From positions 32,001-96,000 of IMG/VR virus record IMGVR_UViG_3300045988_165036: a stretch of DNA of 64,000 bases. One strand, given 5' to 3'. Shown piece after piece: positions 9,232 to 19,665 of this stretch; position 1 is the first letter of the stretch, and every line of letters begins with the position of its first letter. A model generated the notes under the pieces. The model had not been told where the DNA came from and did no database searches. It worked only from the letters and a program-made list of their open reading frames with translations. Origin of the DNA: a virus. The position numbers and the translations under genes were made by a program.

Positions 9232-9483
9232 ATGGCTTGTAGAAATTGTGATCTGAAGAGAATTTATCGTCTTTTCGAAGAGAAAAAGCGTCGTGAAACC
9301 GAAGAAGCAGAAAAAAGAGCTCGTCGTGAGGCAGAAGATGTCGCAAAGCGTGCTCATAAAAAGAATACATATGTCCCGGTTGAAGCGGTCGTTGAACCGG
9401 TTGTCGAAACTGCAGAAGAAGTAAAAGCAGAAGATCCGGCTGTCGAAGAGTCTCGACCGGAAGATGATCTTGGTTTGATTTAA
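9232..9483 (+). CDS. hypothetical charged protein
   Basis: 83-aa ORF with good SD (aaaaggag). K/E/R-rich. Confidence 0.5.
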   Translation: MACRNCDLKRIYRLFEEKKRRETEEAEKRARREAEDVAKRAHKKNTYVPVEAVVEPVVETAEEVKAEDPAVEESRPEDDLGLI

Positions 9484-9492
9484 AAATGGGTG

Positions 9493-9529
9493 TGCGGGCG
9501 GGTCCGAGAGGAACCTCCGCCCGCCCGCA
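9493..9529 (+). terminator. GC-rich stem-loop (terminator candidate)
   Basis: tgcgggcggg (9493-9502) pairs perfectly with cccgcccgca (9520-9529). This is unusually GC-rich for the region. Only a weak T tract follows. Confidence 0.4.
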
Positions 9530-9563
9530 TACTTTCAAAATAATTAAAAAGGGGGTTTGAGAA

Positions 9564-12500
9564 ATGGCAATTTATAAACCAACAGACTGCAGTCCGTTTA
9601 ACGGAACGTTTGATTTATCGTCAGACTTGCCAATAGTTTTTGAATGCAAGATTGATACTTCTAATAGTCCTGTTACGGGGTATTCAATTGAAATATATAA
9701 CAGCAACAATGAAATAATTTTCCCCGGTGCCAATAGAACAACAGGCCCAATTAAAAGCAATGTAACATATTTAACAGATTTAAAAGAATATGTTGCGACT
9801 AATTTTTCGTCGCTGCTACCGAATTTAAAAAACATCAACTCCGGATTAAATGGAAGTTACCTTGAAATTCCGTTTTATGTTAAAGAAATCGATGCCAAGG
9901 TTGATTCAACAGTTTCTAGAAATCAAATGTCGGAAAATTCAATTCCGAATCTGGTTGAAGGTCAGACATATACGTGGAAAATCACACTGTACCAAGAAGT
10001 AAGAAAGGGAGATAGTGTAAGCGCGACAACAGATGATTCTATTTTTCCGCCGAATGCTGAAAAATATTATGATATGGTAGTTACAAGTGGAACGATAATC
10101 GGGCCTAATGAAAAAAGAATTCAAACCGCGCTAATCGATAGCGATGATAAGGTTGTTGACAATTTAGTTTTAATTGATAAGTTTGTTCAACCAATTAAAA
10201 TTGACAGGTTGAGTGGTTATGATCCAAGTAATCCTGTAACAAGTTGGAGCGGAACGATTCCAAAATCCTTTACGATGACGCGTTCATTGATTTCGGGTTA
10301 TGATTCAACATATGGATATATCTATCCGTCAACGGCAGAAGACAACGCGCTTGCCGAAGGTCAAATTGCCGAAGAAACAACAAACGGTTTTCAAATTTTT
10401 AAAAATGGCAACAACCCCGCTAATTTAACGGCAACTGATATGGTTGAATTTGTTTATAATGAAAAAAAAACAAAGGGAGAAATGGTTTGGAAATCAAATG
10501 TTGCAAAACCAGAACTTTCGTATTGGGAGCAAACATATTATCAAACCGCAGATCCAAATGGAACATACTATCCGCTTTCTGGTGATTATTATTCATATCC
10601 AATCTCTTCTGAAGAAAGAATTATATTTAATAATATTCAAGAATCAAAAGTAGAATTTGATAAAAAATATTATGGATCCCCATATAATGGAGTTTTCAAA
10701 CCTGATTTTTCATCAAAAAAGATAGAATTAAAATTTGAAGATTTGGATGGTAAAAGAATTATACCTGCTGGGCTTTATTTAATTAAAAAAAATCCGAGCT
10801 TAACAACTCTTTCCTGTAATATTTCTTTTAGTTCTTTTTGTCCAGACATAAATATTCAAGACAATTATATATATTCCGATATATTTATTAAACCCGGAAG
10901 TATTAGTTATATTGAAAACGATGTCGGAACAATTGTTGCATATGAAGATGGAGAGTGGACAGATGAGAAATGTAGATATATATCAATATCTTCTGATATC
11001 AAAGAGCCATATTCATATGAACTTATTCGTTTTTATAACTGGTTAAAAAACAACATAGAATCAGACATATGTTATCAAATCAAAACACAGTGGTTAAGAA
11101 CGCCAGACGCGACGACATGGGGCGCTCTTTCTAATAAAGTTGTTTACTGCCGTCAAGATGGTAAGAACTACGAAGTAAACACCAAAACACAGGCGGGAGA
11201 AACAAATAATACTCCGTTTAAATTTGTCGCAGAAAAGCCAGTTAGAATTTTCAATACGGTATCAAAACAGTCAAACACAGTTACTTTTAGTGAAGATTCC
11301 GAAGGTTTGCCGGGAACATATTTTGGAAATGTGAATGAAAAAATTTCTTCGCTTACTTCTGTTGTTCTTGCCAATGGTGTAGACATTACGAAGAATTGTC
11401 TATATTCCGTCGGAGATGGTGAAATCGTTATCAAAACGGGTGGGAAAATCAACCCGGATAATATTGCTGTAACATATGTTCCATACGCGCAAAGAGATTA
11501 TGCCGGAGTAATTTTCTACAACAAACAAACGAAATCCAATTCAGATACTGGAATTATTTATATCAGGCCTTCTATCAACATTAATAAAAATATGATCTTT
11601 AAAGAAATAACAACAACAGCTAAGCCAACTTGGTTTAATATCAATTATTTTAACAAAGATTATAATTATATTACTTACATTGGAAATCAGGGATTCAATC
11701 CAGAAATTGACAAAACTCGTTATCAGATTAAAAGTTTTTATAAAGATAGTGACTATAATCCGTTTTCAATTTACAAAAACCCGAAGATCGTATCGACAAT
11801 TTCTGAAAATGTAATTGACTCGGATAGAGGCATCAACGCAATAACAACTCGTAATTTTACAGTTACTTCGACTTATAGTCAAGATAACTATATTCAGTGG
11901 AAGAGTTACCAATGGATTTTATATGATTCTGCTAAAAGAACTGTTCTCGCGAAGACAGACGAACAATATGGCGGAGAAATAACTGCGACATTTTACGGGC
12001 TTGAATCACAACAATATTATATTTTGTCTCTTATTTTACAGACAAATACTGGTAAAATTATTGAAATCGATTATGTCATTTATTCTAATTTTACAGAAAC
12101 GGCAGAACAGAGAGATTTGGTTGATGCCGAATTTGATTGCGACACACTTGCAATGGAGGCGAGTCTGAAGTTTCTTGATGTTGTTTTGGCTCCCGACGCA
12201 GACCAATATTTGTCTGGGGCCGCTATCCCGATTAAAAATACGGCATATTATTATGATTTAAAGTCTGGTTTTTATAAAAAGGAAAACCAGGCCGTTGCTT
12301 CTGTTGATAACGGCGTTTTAACAATAACCGGGCAAAATTCGCTTGATTTTAGCAAATCTTTTGAAAATTACGCAATTAATTCAAGCACAAGAACCGGGTC
12401 AATTCAAATAGACGCGGATGAAATTGTAGTTGAGGGTTCTTTTGATTTTTCCAAAGATTATAATGGAGATATCTTTTCGGTTTCTCGTGGCGAAGAAGGA

Positions 12501-13361
12501 ACTGGCACTATTAAAGTCTCTATTCCAGAAGCAATTAAATCGATAGATTCAGATGGATTTGTCACTCTTTCAGACGATATTAACAAAGTTCAGATTGGAC
12601 CAAACTCCTATCTTAGAATAATTGATAAAACTGGAATAGTGTCAAAGTCAAAAGAATGGCAAAATTCCAGCGAATTCCATAACACATCGATTTGGCAGGT
12701 TGGCGGAATTGTTCCGAACGGGGACAGAATTAATGTTGCTAATTTTAAATATGCGGAAGTGGATAATGGAGATGGGACATATAACAAAGACACATATTTA
12801 AATATCGCCGGTCCGTTTAACACAAATTCGGATGAGGCGATACGAAATCCGATGGCAAAAAACGAACAGCCTTTCTCTTTTTATGATAATAAAAATATTA
12901 CTATGAAATGTAAAGATGGAGACCAAATAGTTGCCTTTCAAATCAATCAACCCGATAAACTTATCTGGGTTGATAACACGCCGGAAGGAAGTCCGAAAGA
13001 TGTTGTTATCAACGCAAATGGATCAGTCGTTACATCACAGCCAAGATCTGTTTTGTCAAAAGTGGCTCTTATATGGGACGACAACGCTGTTTGGAAAGAC
13101 GGAACATATTTGGAAAACGGAACCGGTCTTTCTGCTAAAATCGGGGAAGTACGAGTCAACGGGAATGTTGTCGAGATTGACGCAATCTCTGGAATAGAAA
13201 ACCCAACATATACGAATACTGATCTTGTTAAACAAGAAAAAGTTCAGGCATCAATCAAAGAGAGAGAGAATCTTTTGAAAACCAATCTTTCATTCAGAAT
13301 CTTTATTAATACAAATAATTTTACAATAGATCAGTTGAGAAGTGTTTGTTATGTCAATTAA
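9564..13361 (+). CDS. large tail/baseplate structural protein (1265 aa)
   Basis: Long ORF with SD aaaggggg. Lies in the tail module downstream of the tape measure. No catalytic motif recognised. Confidence 0.6.
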   Translation: MAIYKPTDCSPFNGTFDLSSDLPIVFECKIDTSNSPVTGYSIEIYNSNNEIIFPGANRTTGPIKSNVTYLTDLKEYVATNFSSLLPNLKNINSGLNGSYLEIPFYVKEIDAKVDSTVSRNQMSENSIPNLVEGQTYTWKITLYQEVRKGDSVSATTDDSIFPPNAEKYYDMVVTSGTIIGPNEKRIQTALIDSDDKVVDNLVLIDKFVQPIKIDRLSGYDPSNPVTSWSGTIPKSFTMTRSLISGYDSTYGYIYPSTAEDNALAEGQIAEETTNGFQIFKNGNNPANLTATDMVEFVYNEKKTKGEMVWKSNVAKPELSYWEQTYYQTADPNGTYYPLSGDYYSYPISSEERIIFNNIQESKVEFDKKYYGSPYNGVFKPDFSSKKIELKFEDLDGKRIIPAGLYLIKKNPSLTTLSCNISFSSFCPDINIQDNYIYSDIFIKPGSISYIENDVGTIVAYEDGEWTDEKCRYISISSDIKEPYSYELIRFYNWLKNNIESDICYQIKTQWLRTPDATTWGALSNKVVYCRQDGKNYEVNTKTQAGETNNTPFKFVAEKPVRIFNTVSKQSNTVTFSEDSEGLPGTYFGNVNEKISSLTSVVLANGVDITKNCLYSVGDGEIVIKTGGKINPDNIAVTYVPYAQRDYAGVIFYNKQTKSNSDTGIIYIRPSININKNMIFKEITTTAKPTWFNINYFNKDYNYITYIGNQGFNPEIDKTRYQIKSFYKDSDYNPFSIYKNPKIVSTISENVIDSDRGINAITTRNFTVTSTYSQDNYIQWKSYQWILYDSAKRTVLAKTDEQYGGEITATFYGLESQQYYILSLILQTNTGKIIEIDYVIYSNFTETAEQRDLVDAEFDCDTLAMEASLKFLDVVLAPDADQYLSGAAIPIKNTAYYYDLKSGFYKKENQAVASVDNGVLTITGQNSLDFSKSFENYAINSSTRTGSIQIDADEIVVEGSFDFSKDYNGDIFSVSRGEEGTGTIKVSIPEAIKSIDSDGFVTLSDDINKVQIGPNSYLRIIDKTGIVSKSKEWQNSSEFHNTSIWQVGGIVPNGDRINVANFKYAEVDNGDGTYNKDTYLNIAGPFNTNSDEAIRNPMAKNEQPFSFYDNKNITMKCKDGDQIVAFQINQPDKLIWVDNTPEGSPKDVVINANGSVVTSQPRSVLSKVALIWDDNAVWKDGTYLENGTGLSAKIGEVRVNGNVVEIDAISGIENPTYTNTDLVKQEKVQASIKERENLLKTNLSFRIFINTNNFTIDQLRSVCYVN

Positions 13362-13393
13362 TTATCAAAATACAAAGAAAGGAGCTCCGAATT

Positions 13394-14563
13394 TTGAAAT
13401 TAAAATTTTCGATTGGACCTGGGGATTCGTTAAATCCCGGAGTTCTTAATTCAGTTAGTACACAATATTTAAGCTCAAATTTTTTTTATTTATCTTCGTC
13501 CGAAAACGGAATTGCTCCAAGGGCGCAGGACGGAGCTCCAGAAAAAATCAACAACGCGAACATTCAGCAAGTTCTTGACGAAAACCTTCGTTCTGTTATC
13601 GGTCTTTTTAATTTTGAAGATATTAAAAAGGGCGAAGAAATAGTTGCGACTGCGGCAGCGGAAGGAGTTTCTAACGCCGACCAGTCGTTGTACGCGGTTT
13701 CTGTTTACAAGAAAGAAATTTGGTATGATAGAGAGACTGGAAAATCAATGGAGGAACCCGTTTGGACCCCCGTCGTATTAAATGAATCCTCTAATATTAT
13801 TCGAGACTTCAATATTGGAAATAATCGTTATTATAAATATGTTTTTCGACTTGTTGAAAACAAGACCGACGGAGGACTCGAATACCAGTCTGGAATTATT
13901 GTTCCGATTAAAACAAGTTGGCAGGGGTGGTCAATTACAGAACTTCACGAAACAGACGATCCGAAAGTCTTTACAGCCGCCCCAAAAGATGTTTGGAAAT
14001 TTAAGTATAATATTTCCAACGGAGCACAAACACAGAATGTCGCTAAAACACAGCAGGACACGCTGTCCCGATACCCGATTTTCAGTCACGGTGTGAAAAA
14101 TGCAGTTGGCGGAAGCGTTACCTGTTTGCTTGGTCGTGAAATGATTAACGCAGATTACACCAATAAAGAGTGGGTTTATGAACAAGCCCCGAATACATCA
14201 GAACCGAATTTTATCTGGAGAGAAAATAACGGGCCGTTCGAAAATCTCGGCGGTTATCGAGAGCGTCTTGGAAGGGTTCAAAACTTTTGCGGAACAAACC
14301 CCGATTATCTTTCCGCTTCAGTTCTTGGTTTCCGCAATTTAACATCTAACGAAGCAGTCGATATGCTCGACAAGTGGCGCGATGTTTGTTATTCCGGAAA
14401 TCCGAAACTGTTAAAAGATCAAAAGGGTCAAACTTTTATTATTCAAATTACCGATCCGAGCAATACTACGAACGAGGCTTGGGAGAAGATGCCAGAAGAA
14501 ATTTCGTTTAGCTGGATTGAGATTGCCGACGCAAAATACTGTCGTATCATTCAGACAGAATAA
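13394..14563 (+). CDS. tail/baseplate structural protein
   Basis: ORF 13346-14563. TTG 13394 has SD ggag 9 nt upstream. Function is inferred from position only. Confidence 0.55.
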   Translation: MKLKFSIGPGDSLNPGVLNSVSTQYLSSNFFYLSSSENGIAPRAQDGAPEKINNANIQQVLDENLRSVIGLFNFEDIKKGEEIVATAAAEGVSNADQSLYAVSVYKKEIWYDRETGKSMEEPVWTPVVLNESSNIIRDFNIGNNRYYKYVFRLVENKTDGGLEYQSGIIVPIKTSWQGWSITELHETDDPKVFTAAPKDVWKFKYNISNGAQTQNVAKTQQDTLSRYPIFSHGVKNAVGGSVTCLLGREMINADYTNKEWVYEQAPNTSEPNFIWRENNGPFENLGGYRERLGRVQNFCGTNPDYLSASVLGFRNLTSNEAVDMLDKWRDVCYSGNPKLLKDQKGQTFIIQITDPSNTTNEAWEKMPEEISFSWIEIADAKYCRIIQTE

Positions 14564-14565
14564 CA

Positions 14566-14887
14566 GAAAGGACTAGTTGTTAAGTAGTCTGTTTTATAGA
14601 CAAAAGCACAGACAGGTGGACAAGTGTATTATTACATTTCTTGTCTGTACTTGCTTGACAACAGGTTTCAAGCTTTAGTGAATGCTGTTTTACGAAAGTA
14701 ATCCTGCATGATGAACTACGTTGGGGAAAAGGTTAAAAACGCATCTTCGGATGTACTCGTCAGTCTGAAGCTCTGCGAGTGCCAATCAAGAAACTGTGCT
14801 AGTGTCCTGCATAGATAACAGAGAAACACATATACCCTCCCCGACATTGGCAAGACGAAAATTACTCCGAAAGGAAGGCATCCAGAG
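14566..14887 (+). ncRNA. candidate IscB omegaRNA (locus 1)
   Basis: ~320-nt non-coding, hairpin-rich stretch immediately 5' of iscB on the same strand. It shares ACTACGTT (14715-14722) and GGATGTACTCgtCAGTCTGAaGCtCTGCG (14749-14781), at similar spacing, with the region upstream of the second IscB (37870-37877, 37902-37935). Confidence 0.7.
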
Positions 14888-16135
14888 ATGGAAAACAAAA
14901 TTGAATACTGCTTTGTGGTTGATAAAAACAATCGGCCATTGGCGCCGACGAAAGTTAATAAAGGCTGGTATCTGGTTAGAAAAGGCAGGGCAAAAATAAA
15001 ATCCAGATATCCTATGGTAATACAGTTGGAAAAGGAAGTGGAACCTGATGAAGATGATGAAAGCCATATGGTCTGCGGTATTGATGACGGTTCTATGCAT
15101 GTAGGGCTTGCCATTGTTCAGAAATGTCCTACCAAAAATAAAGTGGTTTTTAAAGGGACGATGGAACAACGCCGGGACGTAAAACATTTAATAGATATCA
15201 GACGTGGATATAGGCGTTATCACCGTTATCATAAAAGATACAGGCAGACAAGATTTAATAACCGTTCATCTTCTAAACGAAGCAACAGGTTGGCGCCAAG
15301 TATCAGACAGAAGAAAGATGCTGTTTTAAGGGTATTGTATCGGCTTAATAAGTGGTGCAACATCCAGGAATACTTCCTTGAAGATGTCTGCATGGATGTC
15401 CGTGCAATGACAGATGGTTACAAACCCTATAGTTGGCAGTATCAGAAATCTAACCGTTTGGATGAAAACCTTAGAAAAGCCGCTATTCTGAGAGATAATT
15501 ATAAATGTCAGGAATGTGGGAAATCCGGCTGTGTGTTAGAAGTACATCATATCAGGGCAAGAAAATATGGCGGAGCAGATACCATTGGGAATCTGATCAC
15601 GTTATGTGGAAAGTGTCATGATAAAACAAAAGGCAGAGAGCGGGATTTTGAAAACAGATATTTTGATATGATCAAATCCCAGCCGAAAAAATTTGATTAT
15701 GCTATGCATGTTATGCAGGGAAAAACCTATCTGAGAGAAAAGATTTCTGAATTAGGAATATTGCATCTTACAAATGGCGGGGATACTGCTAATAAACGCA
15801 TTAACTGGAATATAGAAAAGTCCCATAGTAATGATGCGATATGCATTACAGATAGTATTCCTGATACGTGTGATGTGAAAGAATGGATTATTAAGCCAAT
15901 GAGAAGGAAGTCGAAAGCTAAAACGGATAATGTGTTAGGAATTAAGCATAGGGATTTAGTTTCTTATACATATAAAAATGGAGAAACTCATACAGGATAC
16001 GTCACTGCTTTATATCCAGAACGAGTAGCTTTGAATTTTCAATCAAAAACCAAACATTGTAAAAAAGTAAATGCGCGAAAATGCAAATTGCTTTGGAGGT
16101 TTAATAATATTTATTGGTTAGAACAACGCGTATAA
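14888..16135 (+). CDS. iscB: IscB RNA-guided nuclease (OMEGA system)
   Basis: 415 aa. PLMP-like N-terminus ([24 protein letters not shown]), RuvC-I ([15 protein letters not shown]), Arg-rich bridge helix ([22 protein letters not shown]), RuvC-II (FLEDV), HNH ([22 protein letters not shown]), RuvC-III (HSNDAICI), and a C-terminal TID-like segment. Confidence 0.9.
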   Translation: MENKIEYCFVVDKNNRPLAPTKVNKGWYLVRKGRAKIKSRYPMVIQLEKEVEPDEDDESHMVCGIDDGSMHVGLAIVQKCPTKNKVVFKGTMEQRRDVKHLIDIRRGYRRYHRYHKRYRQTRFNNRSSSKRSNRLAPSIRQKKDAVLRVLYRLNKWCNIQEYFLEDVCMDVRAMTDGYKPYSWQYQKSNRLDENLRKAAILRDNYKCQECGKSGCVLEVHHIRARKYGGADTIGNLITLCGKCHDKTKGRERDFENRYFDMIKSQPKKFDYAMHVMQGKTYLREKISELGILHLTNGGDTANKRINWNIEKSHSNDAICITDSIPDTCDVKEWIIKPMRRKSKAKTDNVLGIKHRDLVSYTYKNGETHTGYVTALYPERVALNFQSKTKHCKKVNARKCKLLWRFNNIYWLEQRV

Positions 16136-16185
16136 TTTTACATATTCGTCTATATAAGCATATTTTGAGAAAGGGGGGCGGCATT

Positions 16186-17445
16186 ATGCCACAGATTTCT
16201 AACCAAATCAAAATGGGATCTGGCGAAAATTATAAGTATATCATTGACGGGAAGAATGCCGCCGTCGGCGATATTAAAAAGTATTTAAAAATTTCAGAGA
16301 TTAAAAAGATTATTGGAAGAAAAACAATTTACCCTCGATTCCGTATTTTTGTTTTGAATCCGGACGAAACAGTGAATTATCAGCTTCCAAACGAAGACAT
16401 TTTGTCCGGTGGTTCGTATAGTGAAAATTATCAAAACGGTTCTCGCCGGACGCTGTCTTTTTCATTAAACAATCAAGAAGGAAAATATACTCCGTCGATC
16501 AATAATTTGTGGGTAGATACGAAAGTTCGACTCGATGTTGGGTTGGAAGTTCCGGACGAAAATCTAATTATTTGGTTTCATAAAGGCGTTTTTGTGATTA
16601 CTTCTGCCGATCCATCAAAATCGACAGAAACCAAAACGGTGCCTATAAGTTGTGCTGACAAGTTCGAAATTTTGAATGGAAAACGCGGAACGGTTGGAAC
16701 GACGGTCGAGATTCCTCCAGGTATGCCAATCAGAGATGTTATTCAAGACATTTTGTGGTATGACAGCGGGACAGGCGATGTTCTCGACCCGATTCCGTTC
16801 TTTTATCATCCCGCGTTTGAGGGAAAAGTAACGCCGATTACGATAACACTGTCCGCCGGGTCGAATTATGGGAATTTGATTATGCAGATTGCGGATGTTC
16901 TGTCTGCAGAGGTCTTTTATGACTCCTACGGACAGTTAAATTTCGTTCCGGTTATTGATGTGATTTCTGACGGAGACAAACCAAACCTTTATGATTATTC
17001 AATTGAACATCTGCAAAATGAAAACTTTTCAATTGATTTAAACTCTTTTGTCAACTGTGTTTATGTTGTAGGGGCAAATATCAATGGACATATTTGCACG
17101 GCAGTTAAAAAGAACGAAGATCCGACTTCTCCGATTTCGGTTGGAAGAATCGGGCTTCGTGTCGCTGATGTGATTAATGACTCCAACATTACGACAGACC
17201 AATTGGCGGAAGAACGGGCAGAGTATGAATTGCGGAAAAAGATCATATCGGAAAGCACATTAAGCAGTTCTGTTATGTTTAATCCGCTTTTAAGTGTTAA
17301 TAATATAGTAACATATACAGATGAGGAAGATTTCGATATGAAACGAGAAAGATTTTTAATCCAGAGCATTTCCTTTAACTTGGGATACGACGGACTAATG
17401 TCATTGAACGTTTCGAATGTAAATAATCTTTCGTTTGTATATTAA
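16186..17445 (+). CDS. tail/baseplate protein
   Basis: ATG 16186 with SD aaagggggg. 419-aa ORF between IscB and the fibre gene. Function from context only. Confidence 0.55.
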   Translation: MPQISNQIKMGSGENYKYIIDGKNAAVGDIKKYLKISEIKKIIGRKTIYPRFRIFVLNPDETVNYQLPNEDILSGGSYSENYQNGSRRTLSFSLNNQEGKYTPSINNLWVDTKVRLDVGLEVPDENLIIWFHKGVFVITSADPSKSTETKTVPISCADKFEILNGKRGTVGTTVEIPPGMPIRDVIQDILWYDSGTGDVLDPIPFFYHPAFEGKVTPITITLSAGSNYGNLIMQIADVLSAEVFYDSYGQLNFVPVIDVISDGDKPNLYDYSIEHLQNENFSIDLNSFVNCVYVVGANINGHICTAVKKNEDPTSPISVGRIGLRVADVINDSNITTDQLAEERAEYELRKKIISESTLSSSVMFNPLLSVNNIVTYTDEEDFDMKRERFLIQSISFNLGYDGLMSLNVSNVNNLSFVY

Positions 17446-17460
17446 TAGAAAGGAGATAGT

Positions 17461-19665
17461 ATGGCAGAATTTAATTCGAGTACAGAATCCGGTTGCATTG
17501 CGGGCAATCTTCCGTTAAAGGTTATGCGCGTCGCGATGGAAAATAAGGGACTTCTTGAAAAAGCAGGATCCCTTTATTGTGGAACCGGGAAAGTAAATCC
17601 TGTAATAATTGAAAATGAAAGATATGACGTTCCTGTCACAATTGCTGTCGAACCCCCAGAAGGCGGAGTAAAAAGCAACACAACTTATGGAATCCAATTT
17701 ATGCTTGACGGAAATGAAAAAGTAGCTGGCGCAATTATGCGGCCATCGGGTTCTGCAGGAGGCTCTATAGGACCTACCGGTCCGCAGGGTCCTAAAGGGG
17801 AGCCCGGTCCGCAGGGTCCTAAAGGGGACAAGGGCGATCCAGGATTTGTGCCGACGGGCGGAAAGGTGCAAATCACTCATGTAACCTATAATAGCGATAC
17901 TGGGGCTATTTTTACAGGGATGCTAATTATGCCCGGAACGCCTAACGCAATAAGTATACCTTTTACAACAAACGTCCCTATTATATCCGGCAATAATGTA
18001 ACAATTAACGTGAATGAATCGGGCAATGCCTTAGTCATAACGGCAGAAGGAGGAACGGGGACTGATGGCAAATGGAACGATCAGGCTTATCGACTTCTTA
18101 AAACGGTGTTAGAAAACATTGCCTACACAGATGATCATACAGGACAAAATGCGGCAGAAAGCTTAATTGCAATATTGACAGCAGGGTCTCAAATCAACAG
18201 AATCACAGCGACTCTTAAAGAAAAAACAAGATATATAGGAGATGCTTTAACAGAAAATGATTTTACTGTGACAGGCTATTACGACAATGGAGATTCTGAA
18301 GTAATTACAAGTGGGTATACAGTGTCTCCCCAGACTATCACAGTTCTCAGTTTTAATGCGACAATCACTTACAATTCTCTTAAAACAACTGTTCCTGTAA
18401 CTGCACAGGAAAATCTAGCTCAGTCGTGGGTAATTGATAGCTATACACCAACTAAAACAGTGCTTTATGTTGACGACGATATCAAGACAAGTGGTTATTT
18501 TACCCACACAGTGACCTTTAACAATGGAAAAACACAGACATTGACTAGTTGGGACAATATTTCTGAAATCAATCCTAAAGTGTTTACAGACACGTCAACA
18601 ACAGTAACAGCAAAAATAGCTTATGCAGGACTATTCACCACTCAGGACTATACCATAACAGGAATTAAAGCAAAGCCTGTTGCAACGACACTAGAGGCAA
18701 CTTATACAGGGTCAACCAATGTCGGAACAGAGGTAACAGCTAGTAACTGGACGTATAAAGTAAAAGACCAGTATGGAAATGTTATCGATCCGGGTGGAAC
18801 TCTAGTACAGTCGCCCAATTTTGTTACTTTAATTGAAGGTGATAACACAATAGGCTTAACTCTCATGTTTAGTGGTGGACAAGTTTCCACACAGAAGGTA
18901 ATTGTTGGAGTTGCGGGCGCTCCCACACTTACAGGCTTAACAGCGACCTATACGGGTGGCGCAGTAGCAGCCGGCACAACTTTAGACCAACTAAACGAAG
19001 TCGTCAAAGCAACATACTCTGATGGCTCTACATCAACAGCTCTAACCAAAGGCACTGATTATACACTGTCCGGCGCACTAACTCCCGGTCAAACAAACAC
19101 CATCACAGTAACTGGCAAGGGCACATACGCAGGCTTTACAACCACCTTCTCGGTAACAGTGGAAGCAGCATCAACCTCTGTTACATACGCAAAAATGTAC
19201 ATTTACCCAGTTGATTATGATACAAGTTTAGGTGCGATGCAAAGTCCACACATACAAACAAACAGAGCTAATTCGGCTGGATGGAATATTGTTGGAAGCG
19301 GAACTACTACATCTCCAGCTGGTTTGCATGGCAATACTGGAAATGTTACTTTCGATCAGGCACTAACAGCAACTCCAAAAACTATCAAGATTACAAGAGT
19401 ATCTACAGAAGACCAGCCCACAGCCGCTAATGCCGGATACGATGGTGTATGGACTCTCAATGCAGATGCTACAACAGCTGATGGTCATTGTTACATTCTA
19501 TCAAATCATACAAAGAAATCTCTTGCTGTTGCTGCTGGTGACATTGAATGGATACGTGATGGTAACAATTATGCAGGTATTTCTAAATTCGTAACAAACT
19601 CCGCAGCTGTTCAGTATTTTGGAAAAACATGTCCTCATGGTGTGTTGTTAGAGGTGGAATGCTGA
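17461..19665 (+). CDS. tail fibre with collagen-like G-X-Y tract and Ig-like repeats
   Basis: GPTGPQGPKGEPGPQGPKGDKGDPG, followed by several ~70-aa repeats of the bacterial Ig-like type (..DFTVTGYYDNGDSEVITSGYTVSP.., ..VKATYSDGSTSTALTKGTDYTLSG..). Confidence 0.75.
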   Translation: MAEFNSSTESGCIAGNLPLKVMRVAMENKGLLEKAGSLYCGTGKVNPVIIENERYDVPVTIAVEPPEGGVKSNTTYGIQFMLDGNEKVAGAIMRPSGSAGGSIGPTGPQGPKGEPGPQGPKGDKGDPGFVPTGGKVQITHVTYNSDTGAIFTGMLIMPGTPNAISIPFTTNVPIISGNNVTINVNESGNALVITAEGGTGTDGKWNDQAYRLLKTVLENIAYTDDHTGQNAAESLIAILTAGSQINRITATLKEKTRYIGDALTENDFTVTGYYDNGDSEVITSGYTVSPQTITVLSFNATITYNSLKTTVPVTAQENLAQSWVIDSYTPTKTVLYVDDDIKTSGYFTHTVTFNNGKTQTLTSWDNISEINPKVFTDTSTTVTAKIAYAGLFTTQDYTITGIKAKPVATTLEATYTGSTNVGTEVTASNWTYKVKDQYGNVIDPGGTLVQSPNFVTLIEGDNTIGLTLMFSGGQVSTQKVIVGVAGAPTLTGLTATYTGGAVAAGTTLDQLNEVVKATYSDGSTSTALTKGTDYTLSGALTPGQTNTITVTGKGTYAGFTTTFSVTVEAASTSVTYAKMYIYPVDYDTSLGAMQSPHIQTNRANSAGWNIVGSGTTTSPAGLHGNTGNVTFDQALTATPKTIKITRVSTEDQPTAANAGYDGVWTLNADATTADGHCYILSNHTKKSLAVAAGDIEWIRDGNNYAGISKFVTNSAAVQYFGKTCPHGVLLEVEC
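17777..17828 (+). repeat. 27-bp-period tandem direct repeat inside collagen tract
   Basis: ccggtccgcagggtcctaaagggga occurs at 17777-17801 and identically at 17804-17828. Confidence 0.9.

Noticed and set aside
13350-13394. ATG 13350 (overlapping the upstream stop) as the start of the next tail gene, which would require a frameshift.
   Set aside because: TTG 13394 in the long frame has a proper SD (ggag, 9-nt spacing), so no frameshift needs to be invoked. The 32-codon ATG ORF is probably fortuitous.
14655-14660. TTGACA inside the IscB 1 leader as a dedicated omegaRNA promoter.
   Set aside because: No acceptable -10 hexamer lies 17 +/- 1 bp downstream (gtgaat), and the upstream AAAACC context of the phage promoter family is missing.
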